Shown here: piece by piece, positions 35,110-42,804 of the stretch
How positions within the stretch are numbered: position 1 is the first letter of the stretch
Layout: the number at the start of each line of letters is the position of its first letter
Source: Candidatus Altiarchaeales archaeon
GTDB taxonomy: Archaea > Altiarchaeota > Altiarchaeia > IMC4 > SCGC-AAA252-I15
Direction of reading: 5' to 3'
DNA length: 49,586 nt
NCBI GenBank assembly: GCA_014729705.1
Contig: WJJK01000045.1
Location: forward strand, 1-49,586
Notes under the pieces: generated by a model
Told to the model about the DNA's origin: nothing
Seen by the model: the letters and a program-made list of their open reading frames with translations, nothing else
Databases searched by the model: none
Program-made: the position numbers and the translations under genes

Positions 35110-36866
35110 TGCCCAAAAAACTGGTCACCAACAAAATGAAGAAGGACTATAAAAGGCTGATGTCTCAGCTTGTTAGAGATCTTTCCCAGGAGCTGGTAAT
35201 AGTTCAGGAAAGTCCTATGTTTGTAGATTGTCCTAACTGTTTTGAAGCAGGAACCCTTATAGAGACACCTTTTGGAATGAAGAAGATAGAAGACTTCCAA
35301 CCAGGGGATTATATTTTGGACGGCAATGCAGAGCCTCGACTTGTGGATAAAGTATTTCATAGACATACTGACGCATCTTTCACGTCCATTTTTACACACG
35401 GTAACAATGTGGGGTTGACAGCCACTTCCAATCACCACTTAATGGTACATGAAAACAGGGGCACAGCCTACCATCCCATTTTAGGTGGGTCGAAAGAAAA
35501 AGAGATAGGTAACATACAAAAAGGCGATATAGTTTCTAAAGCGATCAGAAAACTACCCCAAGAGCCTTTAGAAAAGCTATGGGTTGATTGGAAAACAAAT
35601 ACACATGGACCTAAAAAAGTTTTGCCAGAAATCTTGGAAGTTACCGATGATTTCTTATTTGCTGTGGGTTTGTATTTGTCCGAAGGCGTTACAAGCAAAA
35701 GCCGAATAGTAAGTTACTGTCTTAATGACTTGGAAGAAGAAATAGGTCATAAAGTTTGTGCGTATTGGAAATCGGTTGCAGAATGTAACTACACGATGTG
35801 TACTAGAGGAGGGGGTAGGAATAGGATTTTTGAGATATATAGTTCTTATTTGGCTGATCTATTAGATAGTTGGTGTGGACACGGCGCGCAAAATAAAAAA
35901 ATACCCACCTCCTTGTATTACAGGTTGAATGCCCGTCAAACTTTAGTGTTGTTGTTTGGTTTGTTTGTCGGCGCTGGTCATTATGAAAAACAATATGATA
36001 GTGTGGTATTTAGTACTATTTCTAAATCGTTGGCATATCAAGTTTACAATCTACTTCTATCTTGTGGATTCGGTGCCAGTATACTTTCTCAGCCTAGTAA
36101 GGTGGGATCGGACGGCATTTTTAGACAAGAATCGTTCGTAGTTAGATATTGGACAAATAAAGATAAGGCACAAAGAGGGACAATAAGAACTGAGGATAGA
36201 ATCTATCAGGTAGTAAAATCTGTAGCGCACAGTCATAAATCAGTACCTGTTTGGAATCTAGAGGTTCAAACCGAACACAGTTATATTGCAGATGGCTTTA
36301 GTGTACAGAACTGCATATGGGATTCTGTTAATAAAAAATCCTCTAATGTCTTTGATGGTTCTTTTACGTCCGCAACTACTATTTTTTCTGGTACCAGTGA
36401 GGAGCGGGTTATAAATCCTATATCTTTCACTGTTGGACGTTGTCCTGTTTGTATAGGTGAAGGTCAGATTTTTACCAACAAAGAAATCTGCATTCCTGCT
36501 ATGATAAATTTTTTCTCTGGAACCGGCATGCGCCGTGGTTTATTTATGAGCACTGCTGCAGGTAAGGAAGGGATGAACTTGGTGGTGGTTAAGACTCTCG
36601 CCTGCCACTATGAACTTTTACAGAACAATGAAACTTTTTTTATTCATAACAATGTTAAATGTGTGAAGTTCAAGCCTCCTTTCCTAAGAGGGTTGGGTGG
36701 AGAAGAGACTGTTTGTGAGACTATTCTTCAGACTGCCGACGAAGGACAAAGGACTTCTGGTAAGTTTGGTGGTGGAGACAAGTTAAGTCGAGATGATGAT
36801 CCAAGAAAGAGGATAAGAGGTCCTTCTGATATTCTGGATCAGAGAGGTAAACTGAGAGGTAGGTAA
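35109..36866 (+). CDS. virion-module zinc-knuckle protein precursor containing a 358-aa intein
   Basis: Layout is ...FVDCPN | CFEAGTLIE...GFSVQN | CIWDS.... The 227-aa extein carries CPNC and CPVC pairs. Confidence 0.75.
   Translation: MPKKLVTNKMKKDYKRLMSQLVRDLSQELVIVQESPMFVDCPNCFEAGTLIETPFGMKKIEDFQPGDYILDGNAEPRLVDKVFHRHTDASFTSIFTHGNNVGLTATSNHHLMVHENRGTAYHPILGGSKEKEIGNIQKGDIVSKAIRKLPQEPLEKLWVDWKTNTHGPKKVLPEILEVTDDFLFAVGLYLSEGVTSKSRIVSYCLNDLEEEIGHKVCAYWKSVAECNYTMCTRGGGRNRIFEIYSSYLADLLDSWCGHGAQNKKIPTSLYYRLNARQTLVLLFGLFVGAGHYEKQYDSVVFSTISKSLAYQVYNLLLSCGFGASILSQPSKVGSDGIFRQESFVVRYWTNKDKAQRGTIRTEDRIYQVVKSVAHSHKSVPVWNLEVQTEHSYIADGFSVQNCIWDSVNKKSSNVFDGSFTSATTIFSGTSEERVINPISFTVGRCPVCIGEGQIFTNKEICIPAMINFFSGTGMRRGLFMSTAAGKEGMNLVVVKTLACHYELLQNNETFFIHNNVKCVKFKPPFLRGLGGEETVCETILQTADEGQRTSGKFGGGDKLSRDDDPRKRIRGPSDILDQRGKLRGR
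35238..36311 (+). mobile_element. intein with a (possibly degenerate) LAGLIDADG domain
   Basis: Starts with Cys1 (CFEAGTLI), has a TSNH block B, motifs FLFAVGLYLSEG and LLFGLFVGAGH, ends VWNLEVQTEHSYIADGFSVQN and is followed by a +1 Cys. Confidence 0.8.
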
Positions 36867-37525
36867 TGAGTTTCAAGGTAAACGTAAAGTTAGACGTTCC
36901 TTCTCTTAAGAAAGCCATCGAGAAAAAACAGAAGCTTGTTAGAGATAACATCGTTACCGTGATCCGAACCGAGGCCATCCCCCATCTAATAGATCTTATT
37001 ATGCAAGGGTATGATGATTTAAGCGACAGGGCTGATCAGCTTCCCGAAGACCCTACCAATCCTGCTAACTGGAGAACAGAGTTTCGCAACAAACTTGAGC
37101 GGGACTTTGAACAGAACTTGATTTTCTCTGACAACAGGATTATTGTTCGTTTAGGTGACAAGGAGTTTATGGGCTACGACAGTAGTGGGCGCGCCCCGGA
37201 AGGAAACGAGCCCCTTGTATGGTTAGTTTACTATATAGAAGGTCTCGCTGGAGATTGGGGATTCATTACTCCAGAGCTCTATGAAGAACTTAGAGGTAGA
37301 GGTTCTTACGAGGCGGACTGGGGCCGTTTTGGACAGGGATTTCTCATTAGTCGCCAGCAGTTTGAAGATGAGGGTTGGAGTGATTTGATTTCCTTTGATT
37401 CTATTAGACATCCTTTCTCTGGATTTTCTCCTGTAGACATTTTTACCGAAGCCCTACGGGAGTTTACTTTTAGAAGGTTTGTAGAGAAGGCTATCAAGGC
37501 CGCTGCTGAAGGGAGGAAGCTATGA
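36866..37525 (+). CDS. hypothetical virion-module protein
   Basis: 219 aa, TAATG-coupled. Confidence 0.5.
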   Translation: MSFKVNVKLDVPSLKKAIEKKQKLVRDNIVTVIRTEAIPHLIDLIMQGYDDLSDRADQLPEDPTNPANWRTEFRNKLERDFEQNLIFSDNRIIVRLGDKEFMGYDSSGRAPEGNEPLVWLVYYIEGLAGDWGFITPELYEELRGRGSYEADWGRFGQGFLISRQQFEDEGWSDLISFDSIRHPFSGFSPVDIFTEALREFTFRRFVEKAIKAAAEGRKL

Positions 37526-38364
37526 CCGTAACCTTAGCCAGAATGGAGGATATGAGTATCCAACACTGGCTTAAGCACGTCCTTCTTCCCTTGAAATGGG
37601 TTGAGAAAGTGGTTAATGCTCCACTTACTTTTAACCCCGATAAAAATCGTTTTGAGGCTCAGATAGTTTGGCTTCCAAATTTTTTAGATGAGGGACGGGG
37701 TTGGGTAATCTTTGAGCCCCAGGGAGTGAACTCCTGTGTCGTTAATAACATACCTGCTACCGAGCAAACAAGCCGGGTAACGGTATACAATCAATCAGGT
37801 TCAGAAATAGATCGTAGCCACTACACTATTAACTATGCGGACGGTGCTATAATAGCCAGTGGTGGAAATACTACTCCAGACGGTACTCCTACTACCATTG
37901 ATTTTACCCAGCACTACGTTTCTGTTGTAGACGGCTGGCCGGGGGTAGACCCTCCTGCTGCCCCTCTGGTGGCAGTAGAGATGGGTCCCTACAGAAAGGA
38001 CCCTCTTCAGTTGGGTCCTGGAAGAATAGCCAAGAGGAATGTATCTGTACACGTATTTGCCACGTCGAGCGCAGAGAGGGATGATCTGACTGAGTTCCTT
38101 TATGATGCGTTTTATAATCGACACCTTCCCGTTTTTGACTTTAGAAAAGGGGAGCCACTTAAATACGATGGAACTTATAACAGCGATTGGTCTGGGGATC
38201 TCCTGAAACTTAACAATAATGATGATGCTCTTTTCTATTTTAGAGATGTTCGAGCTGAGCCCATTAGTGTTAGAAAAGAATGGGGAGACCTGAACATGTG
38301 GAGATCTAAGGTTTCCTTTATCGCTGAATCCTACCGACAGGGCTTGGATTTCAACGCCCTGTAG
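37522..38364 (+). CDS. hypothetical virion-module protein
   Basis: 280 aa with an ATGA overlap. Confidence 0.5.
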   Translation: MTVTLARMEDMSIQHWLKHVLLPLKWVEKVVNAPLTFNPDKNRFEAQIVWLPNFLDEGRGWVIFEPQGVNSCVVNNIPATEQTSRVTVYNQSGSEIDRSHYTINYADGAIIASGGNTTPDGTPTTIDFTQHYVSVVDGWPGVDPPAAPLVAVEMGPYRKDPLQLGPGRIAKRNVSVHVFATSSAERDDLTEFLYDAFYNRHLPVFDFRKGEPLKYDGTYNSDWSGDLLKLNNNDDALFYFRDVRAEPISVRKEWGDLNMWRSKVSFIAESYRQGLDFNAL

Positions 38365-38368
38365 CAAG

Positions 38369-38384
38369 GGGTGCTGCCGCACCC
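38369..38384 (+). terminator. short GC hairpin after gene 37522..38364
   Basis: GGGTGC tgcc GCACCC, with no U-tract. Confidence 0.3.
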
Positions 38385-38489
38385 AGGCACGGTACAGGAC
38401 TTTCCTCCAAAGTTGCCTCACTTTGGTAGGCACCGCACATTTCCCCCAATGTTGCGAAAATCAAAACTCGTAAAGGAGGAAGACCTGAA

Positions 38490-40367
38490 ATGGCAAGACG
38501 TAACCGAATTATCTACCCAAGCAATTCGGTTTGGGCAAACGGTAATGTGCTGTATCGGGTACAGACCTTCGGTTCAACCACCGCGTTTAACACCGAAGAC
38601 GTCTTCGAACTTGGTCAGCTAAAGGTTATTGACGTTGTGGATGACTCCCCAACGGTTACCGTAACCATTGAAACTGGCGAGTTCGGCTCTCTATCCAACC
38701 TTTACCATCTGTCTAACCTTGAGTTTGATAGCGTTATTTCCAATGACGCTGTTGCTGCTTCTGGTCACTTGACTGTGGTAAGTGGACTTGGAGATGATGC
38801 AGTTAACATTGCACACTACCACGGTGTAGCCCTGACTGACTTCGGTCTTTCTGGATGCGAGACTGGTTCGGCTGTTGAGATTTGGGCGCCCATTCAGAAT
38901 GAGTGCTCTCTCGGTACCGACAATGACGAGATTGATCAGACTATGTATCTGCCACGAGTGTTCGTCAACTCTATTGAGTGGACCTACTCCGCAGGTGCTA
39001 ACGCGGCTGAAAACTTCGGTGCAGAAACCGATGCTAAGTTCTGGTTTACAAATGATGGTAGGTTTATCTCTAATGAGGAGTTCGTATACACTTCTTCCCC
39101 ACCAGAAACTGACACCAACACAGGTGTAACTGGTGGTACCGGATTTAAGGTTGACGCTTCCGAGACCTCGGTTTACCTTGGTCTGGATCAGAATGCTGCT
39201 ACTGCCGAGCTTGTTTCTACTCGCTCTACCGGTCAGCTTGCGTTCTTACGCTTTGACGTGTTCGGTACTCCTTCAGTAAGGTACTACAACCGATCTACCA
39301 AGACTTCTTTTGAGGTCCCGGTAGAGGCTGGTACCGCTGCTAAGGCAGGTACTTACGTATACGACAGTACTGACAACCAGCTCTATGAGCCAACTGACTT
39401 GACCACCAACAACGAGCTTCTTGGTGAGGCTAAGGCAGATGGCGACATTCTGTTCGTTGTCTACGCTGCTAATCACTACGCCCGCCGATGGGAAGATCTT
39501 GATTCCACCACTCAGACTGACCGTGGTGGTGCTAAGAGCACTTCCAAGATGGCTACGCGTCGTGACGCAGAGTACTTTGCTCCGATTGAGATTGATCCAG
39601 GTGATAAGCCCGAAGACGTCGGCGCTGTTCGTCAGGGTCAGATCGAGATCTACCTCGTTGATAAGGACGTTCTACCGCCCGACTTCAATCTCGACAATGA
39701 GCTTGCTCTTAGAGTAACTTCCGTAACTATTACGGCAGATCTTACTCGTGAGCCGCTCTTTGAGCTCTCGCACCTTCGACCTTACGACCGATCGTTGACT
39801 TTCCCGATTCCATTCACAGTAACTGTTGAGACAACCGCATCCGATCTTACCGAGTATGCAACCTTCGCTTCCAAGAAGCAGGGAGTTGCAATCGATTTGA
39901 CCACGGATGAGGTTTCCATCTACGACTTCATGTCCGCTAATGAAAGACTCGACCTTGTCGTGCTCATTTATCAGCAGACAGATGAGGAAGCAGGTGGTGT
40001 AGGTTCTCAGCGAAGAGTGGTAACTCGAGAGATGGTTGGTGATGAATACTATCAGAGAGGACAGAGGTTCATCTATTACGATGGCACCACTTCCGATCCT
40101 GATACTGGTATCAACTACGGTACTAGCATCCCGGTTTCTCCAACAAAGGATAACACTCACCGCGAGCGACCTCTTAAGACCGTTATTGCGAAGGATCTGC
40201 GAATCACTGACGAAGCGTACAACCTCACCCTTGGTGAGAACGCTACTCAGACATACGGTTTCCGAGGTACCAACCGAGTCTTCGCCGTTCTTGGTGAAGT
40301 CGATACTGGTGACCTTGTTGCCGATCCTGGATTCCAGGTCAATCCGGACGCTCCACGAATCTTCTAA
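38490..40367 (+). CDS. major tail structural protein (sheath-like by size and position; family not verified)
   Basis: 625 aa. It has its own 125-nt upstream gap, a strong AAGGAGGA SD, and is followed by two tandem hairpins. Confidence 0.45.
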   Translation: MARRNRIIYPSNSVWANGNVLYRVQTFGSTTAFNTEDVFELGQLKVIDVVDDSPTVTVTIETGEFGSLSNLYHLSNLEFDSVISNDAVAASGHLTVVSGLGDDAVNIAHYHGVALTDFGLSGCETGSAVEIWAPIQNECSLGTDNDEIDQTMYLPRVFVNSIEWTYSAGANAAENFGAETDAKFWFTNDGRFISNEEFVYTSSPPETDTNTGVTGGTGFKVDASETSVYLGLDQNAATAELVSTRSTGQLAFLRFDVFGTPSVRYYNRSTKTSFEVPVEAGTAAKAGTYVYDSTDNQLYEPTDLTTNNELLGEAKADGDILFVVYAANHYARRWEDLDSTTQTDRGGAKSTSKMATRRDAEYFAPIEIDPGDKPEDVGAVRQGQIEIYLVDKDVLPPDFNLDNELALRVTSVTITADLTREPLFELSHLRPYDRSLTFPIPFTVTVETTASDLTEYATFASKKQGVAIDLTTDEVSIYDFMSANERLDLVVLIYQQTDEEAGGVGSQRRVVTREMVGDEYYQRGQRFIYYDGTTSDPDTGINYGTSIPVSPTKDNTHRERPLKTVIAKDLRITDEAYNLTLGENATQTYGFRGTNRVFAVLGEVDTGDLVADPGFQVNPDAPRIF

Positions 40368-40380
40368 AGGTCGATTTTCT

Positions 40381-40432
40381 GCTGTCCCGGGTCCCGCCCG
40401 GGGCAGCAACAAGTTCCTCCGTCTTTCGGAGG
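40381..40432 (+). terminator. two tandem GC-rich hairpins
   Basis: GCTGTCCCGGG tcccg CCCGGGGCAGC (11 bp including one G-U pair), then CCTCCG tcttt CGGAGG. Confidence 0.5.
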
Positions 40433-40469
40433 GGTAAGGAATGAGTTTAAGGGAAAGGAGATTATTCTC

Positions 40470-40748
40470 ATGGTTTCCAGGGAAGAAAAGTCCCTGGGTA
40501 AATCCCAGGAAAAGCTCAAGAGAGATGTGGAGAGAAGCGTCCTCAAGAGCGCTGATGAGATCCTGAACATTGCTGAAGTCGCAATAGCTGATTCCCAGCG
40601 GTACAGGGCTTTTAGATCTAAGGTTCTTCGTTCAGTCAATGACGCTGTTCGGGAAGTTAAGAAGAACCTTGATCTTCATTACAAGGTGGTGTACGTGCCT
40701 ACTAACGAAGACGTTATAGAGGTACAGCAGCCAAGAGTTAGAAGTTAG
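40470..40748 (+). CDS. hypothetical small helical protein
   Basis: 92 aa, with an AAAGGAG SD. Confidence 0.45.
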   Translation: MVSREEKSLGKSQEKLKRDVERSVLKSADEILNIAEVAIADSQRYRAFRSKVLRSVNDAVREVKKNLDLHYKVVYVPTNEDVIEVQQPRVRS

Positions 40749-40769
40749 GCAAAGGATAAGGAGACATAA

Positions 40770-41639
40770 ATGGCAACCGCAAAGGACGTCAAGGACGTGC
40801 TGGATACACGTCGCGAGTTTACTCTTGAAAACCCTGACGGAGAAACTGAAAGTTATTTTATTGCCCAGCCGAGCGCTGCGGACATAAGAAAAGCAGATTG
40901 GCAATACTCCAAGGTTTATAACCAGGCTATTGTTGATGGTTTTTTAACTCAATCCCAGATGTTGGAAGTTCTTAAGGACAAGGGTATTCTTTCCGAGGAG
41001 TACACCGAGCAGCTTGAGAGCGTGAGAATCAATCTGGCAGCAGAACTTTTTAAGCTTGAAAATCTCGGAAATGAAACCCCCGATGATGACCGTGAAGCTG
41101 TTGCTATGGAAGTGGCGCGCTTAAGAGATCAGCTCTTCCGGCTAAATCAGCAAGTTAACGGTCCTATGGGGAATACCTGTGAGAACTTAGCCGAAGATGC
41201 CCGAACCGAGTTTCTAACCAGTAGGGTAGTTCAGAAGCAAGATGGATCTCGTCTGTGGGAAACCTTTGATGATTATCAGAACGAAGAAAACTCCGGTTTA
41301 TCTGTTAAGGCTCGTTTTGAAGTTATGCTTTGGATGCAGGGACTTGAAAGCAACTTCATGGAAAATACTCCAGAGCAATCTACTCTCAGGGAAGTAGCCC
41401 AAAAGAGATTAGACAACGCCCTTGAAGAGGCCAGAAAATCTGCTTTGGAACAGTCTGAGAAAGAAGAAAAGGAAAAGCGGTCCGGAGAAGATTCCGAGAA
41501 AACCAAGGCTGAGAAGAAGGCTCCACGAAAGAAGAAGACTCCTAAAAAGAAGGCTTCCTCCTCCAAGAAAGAGGAGAGTTCTCCTGCTCCCAAGAGACGA
41601 AGAGGTCGTCCTCGAAAGGATGAGAAGAAGGAAGAATAA
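40770..41639 (+). CDS. chaperone-slot protein A with a Lys-rich tail and AT-hook-like RRGRPRK
   Basis: 289 aa and a paralogue of the next gene (both share W[EK]TFDD[YF]xNE). Tail reads KKAPRKKKTPKKK...KRRRGRPRKDEKK. Confidence 0.5.
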   Translation: MATAKDVKDVLDTRREFTLENPDGETESYFIAQPSAADIRKADWQYSKVYNQAIVDGFLTQSQMLEVLKDKGILSEEYTEQLESVRINLAAELFKLENLGNETPDDDREAVAMEVARLRDQLFRLNQQVNGPMGNTCENLAEDARTEFLTSRVVQKQDGSRLWETFDDYQNEENSGLSVKARFEVMLWMQGLESNFMENTPEQSTLREVAQKRLDNALEEARKSALEQSEKEEKEKRSGEDSEKTKAEKKAPRKKKTPKKKASSSKKEESSPAPKRRRGRPRKDEKKEE

Positions 41640-42781
41640 TGTCTGAAGAGGGGACTTCTGGGGAGAAGATAAGTCTTTCTTTTCAAGAAGTGGAATCTCT
41701 ACTGGATTCTGTTCTTAATAACCAAAGACTCCAGCAAATAGACTTACCTGATGGCTCTCCGAGATTTGTTGTTTTTTGTTTTCCGACTGGCCCAGAACTT
41801 TTGGCTGCTCGCTATACGAGGGACAAGACTTTGGCGGAGGCGGCAGCCGAGGGTTTGCCCACCATAGAAGAAATGGATAGGCAGATACAAGAGAGGGGTT
41901 TACTTGAAGACGTAGACCAGAGTATAAAGGATTTGGAAGAACGTCTTGAAGGACAAAGGGCCATTCTTAACAAGACACAAATACCGGGGCGTAGATCGGC
42001 CGTAGAAGAAGTTATTAGCAAGATACAGAGTGATCTTTATGGCCTTAGATCTAAGAAAGAGTCCTATTACTATTTAACCCAGGAAAGAAAAGCCGATGAA
42101 GTTTCTTACAGATACTTAGCCTGGGCATCTACTTATTCTATTGAGGGTGGTAAGTATTGGAAGACCTTTGACGATTTTGAGAATGAGACAGACATTTATT
42201 TTCAAACTGAAGTTCTTGGGCATTTTGCTAAATTTAACTCAGGTCTTCCTGCCAAAAAGGTCCGTTACCTAGCCCGACATAATCTTTGGCGCATACGTTT
42301 CGTAGCAGCCACCAAAACGGGGGCGGGACCGTCCCTGTTTTGTCGTAGATTTAATGATTTGACTCCAGACCAACTTGGCCTCCTATACTGGAGTAACTAT
42401 TATCAATCCATTTACGAAATGCTTCCGGATGATCAACCTGATCAAGAGATCATCGAGGACGACGAGAAGCTTGATAAGTACATGGAGGATTATTTCAAGC
42501 AAAAGGAGGCGGAGAGGAAAGAAGGAAAGGCTGAAAAGAGGAGCGATGTCTCTGGACATCCTAAGGGTTATAAGCCCAAGCTTAACGCTTGGGAGCGAGG
42601 AGAGGAGCTAATCATTACCCCTTCCCACCCAGAATACCAAAGTCTGGCATACACCGAGAAAAGAATAAACGCCCCTGAGGGCACTTCTGAGGTAGAAGTT
42701 ATTTCTCCTAATAGTAGGAGGGCCAGGAACAGAAGAGCCCAGGCGCGAAGCCAGTCCAGTATGCGTGGAAGGAAACGATAA
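41639..42781 (+). CDS. chaperone-slot protein B (paralogue of A) with an Arg-rich tail
   Basis: 380 aa, TAATG-coupled. Shares the PDG...G(L/F)(P/L)T and WKTFDDFENE blocks. Tail reads RRARNRRAQARSQSSMRGRKR. Confidence 0.5.
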   Translation: MSEEGTSGEKISLSFQEVESLLDSVLNNQRLQQIDLPDGSPRFVVFCFPTGPELLAARYTRDKTLAEAAAEGLPTIEEMDRQIQERGLLEDVDQSIKDLEERLEGQRAILNKTQIPGRRSAVEEVISKIQSDLYGLRSKKESYYYLTQERKADEVSYRYLAWASTYSIEGGKYWKTFDDFENETDIYFQTEVLGHFAKFNSGLPAKKVRYLARHNLWRIRFVAATKTGAGPSLFCRRFNDLTPDQLGLLYWSNYYQSIYEMLPDDQPDQEIIEDDEKLDKYMEDYFKQKEAERKEGKAEKRSDVSGHPKGYKPKLNAWERGEELIITPSHPEYQSLAYTEKRINAPEGTSEVEVISPNSRRARNRRAQARSQSSMRGRKR

Positions 42782-42804
42782 TCCTACGGCGGAGGAAAAG
42801 GTAG

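Noticed and set aside
37801-38433. A 210-aa antisense ORF.
   Set aside because: It is a shadow of the + strand gene 37522..38364, and its composition is not protein-like.
39672-40412. A 246-aa antisense ORF, plus the + strand alternative-frame ORF 40036..40437.
   Set aside because: Both are embedded in the 625-aa tail gene, which has the strong SD and a coherent translation.
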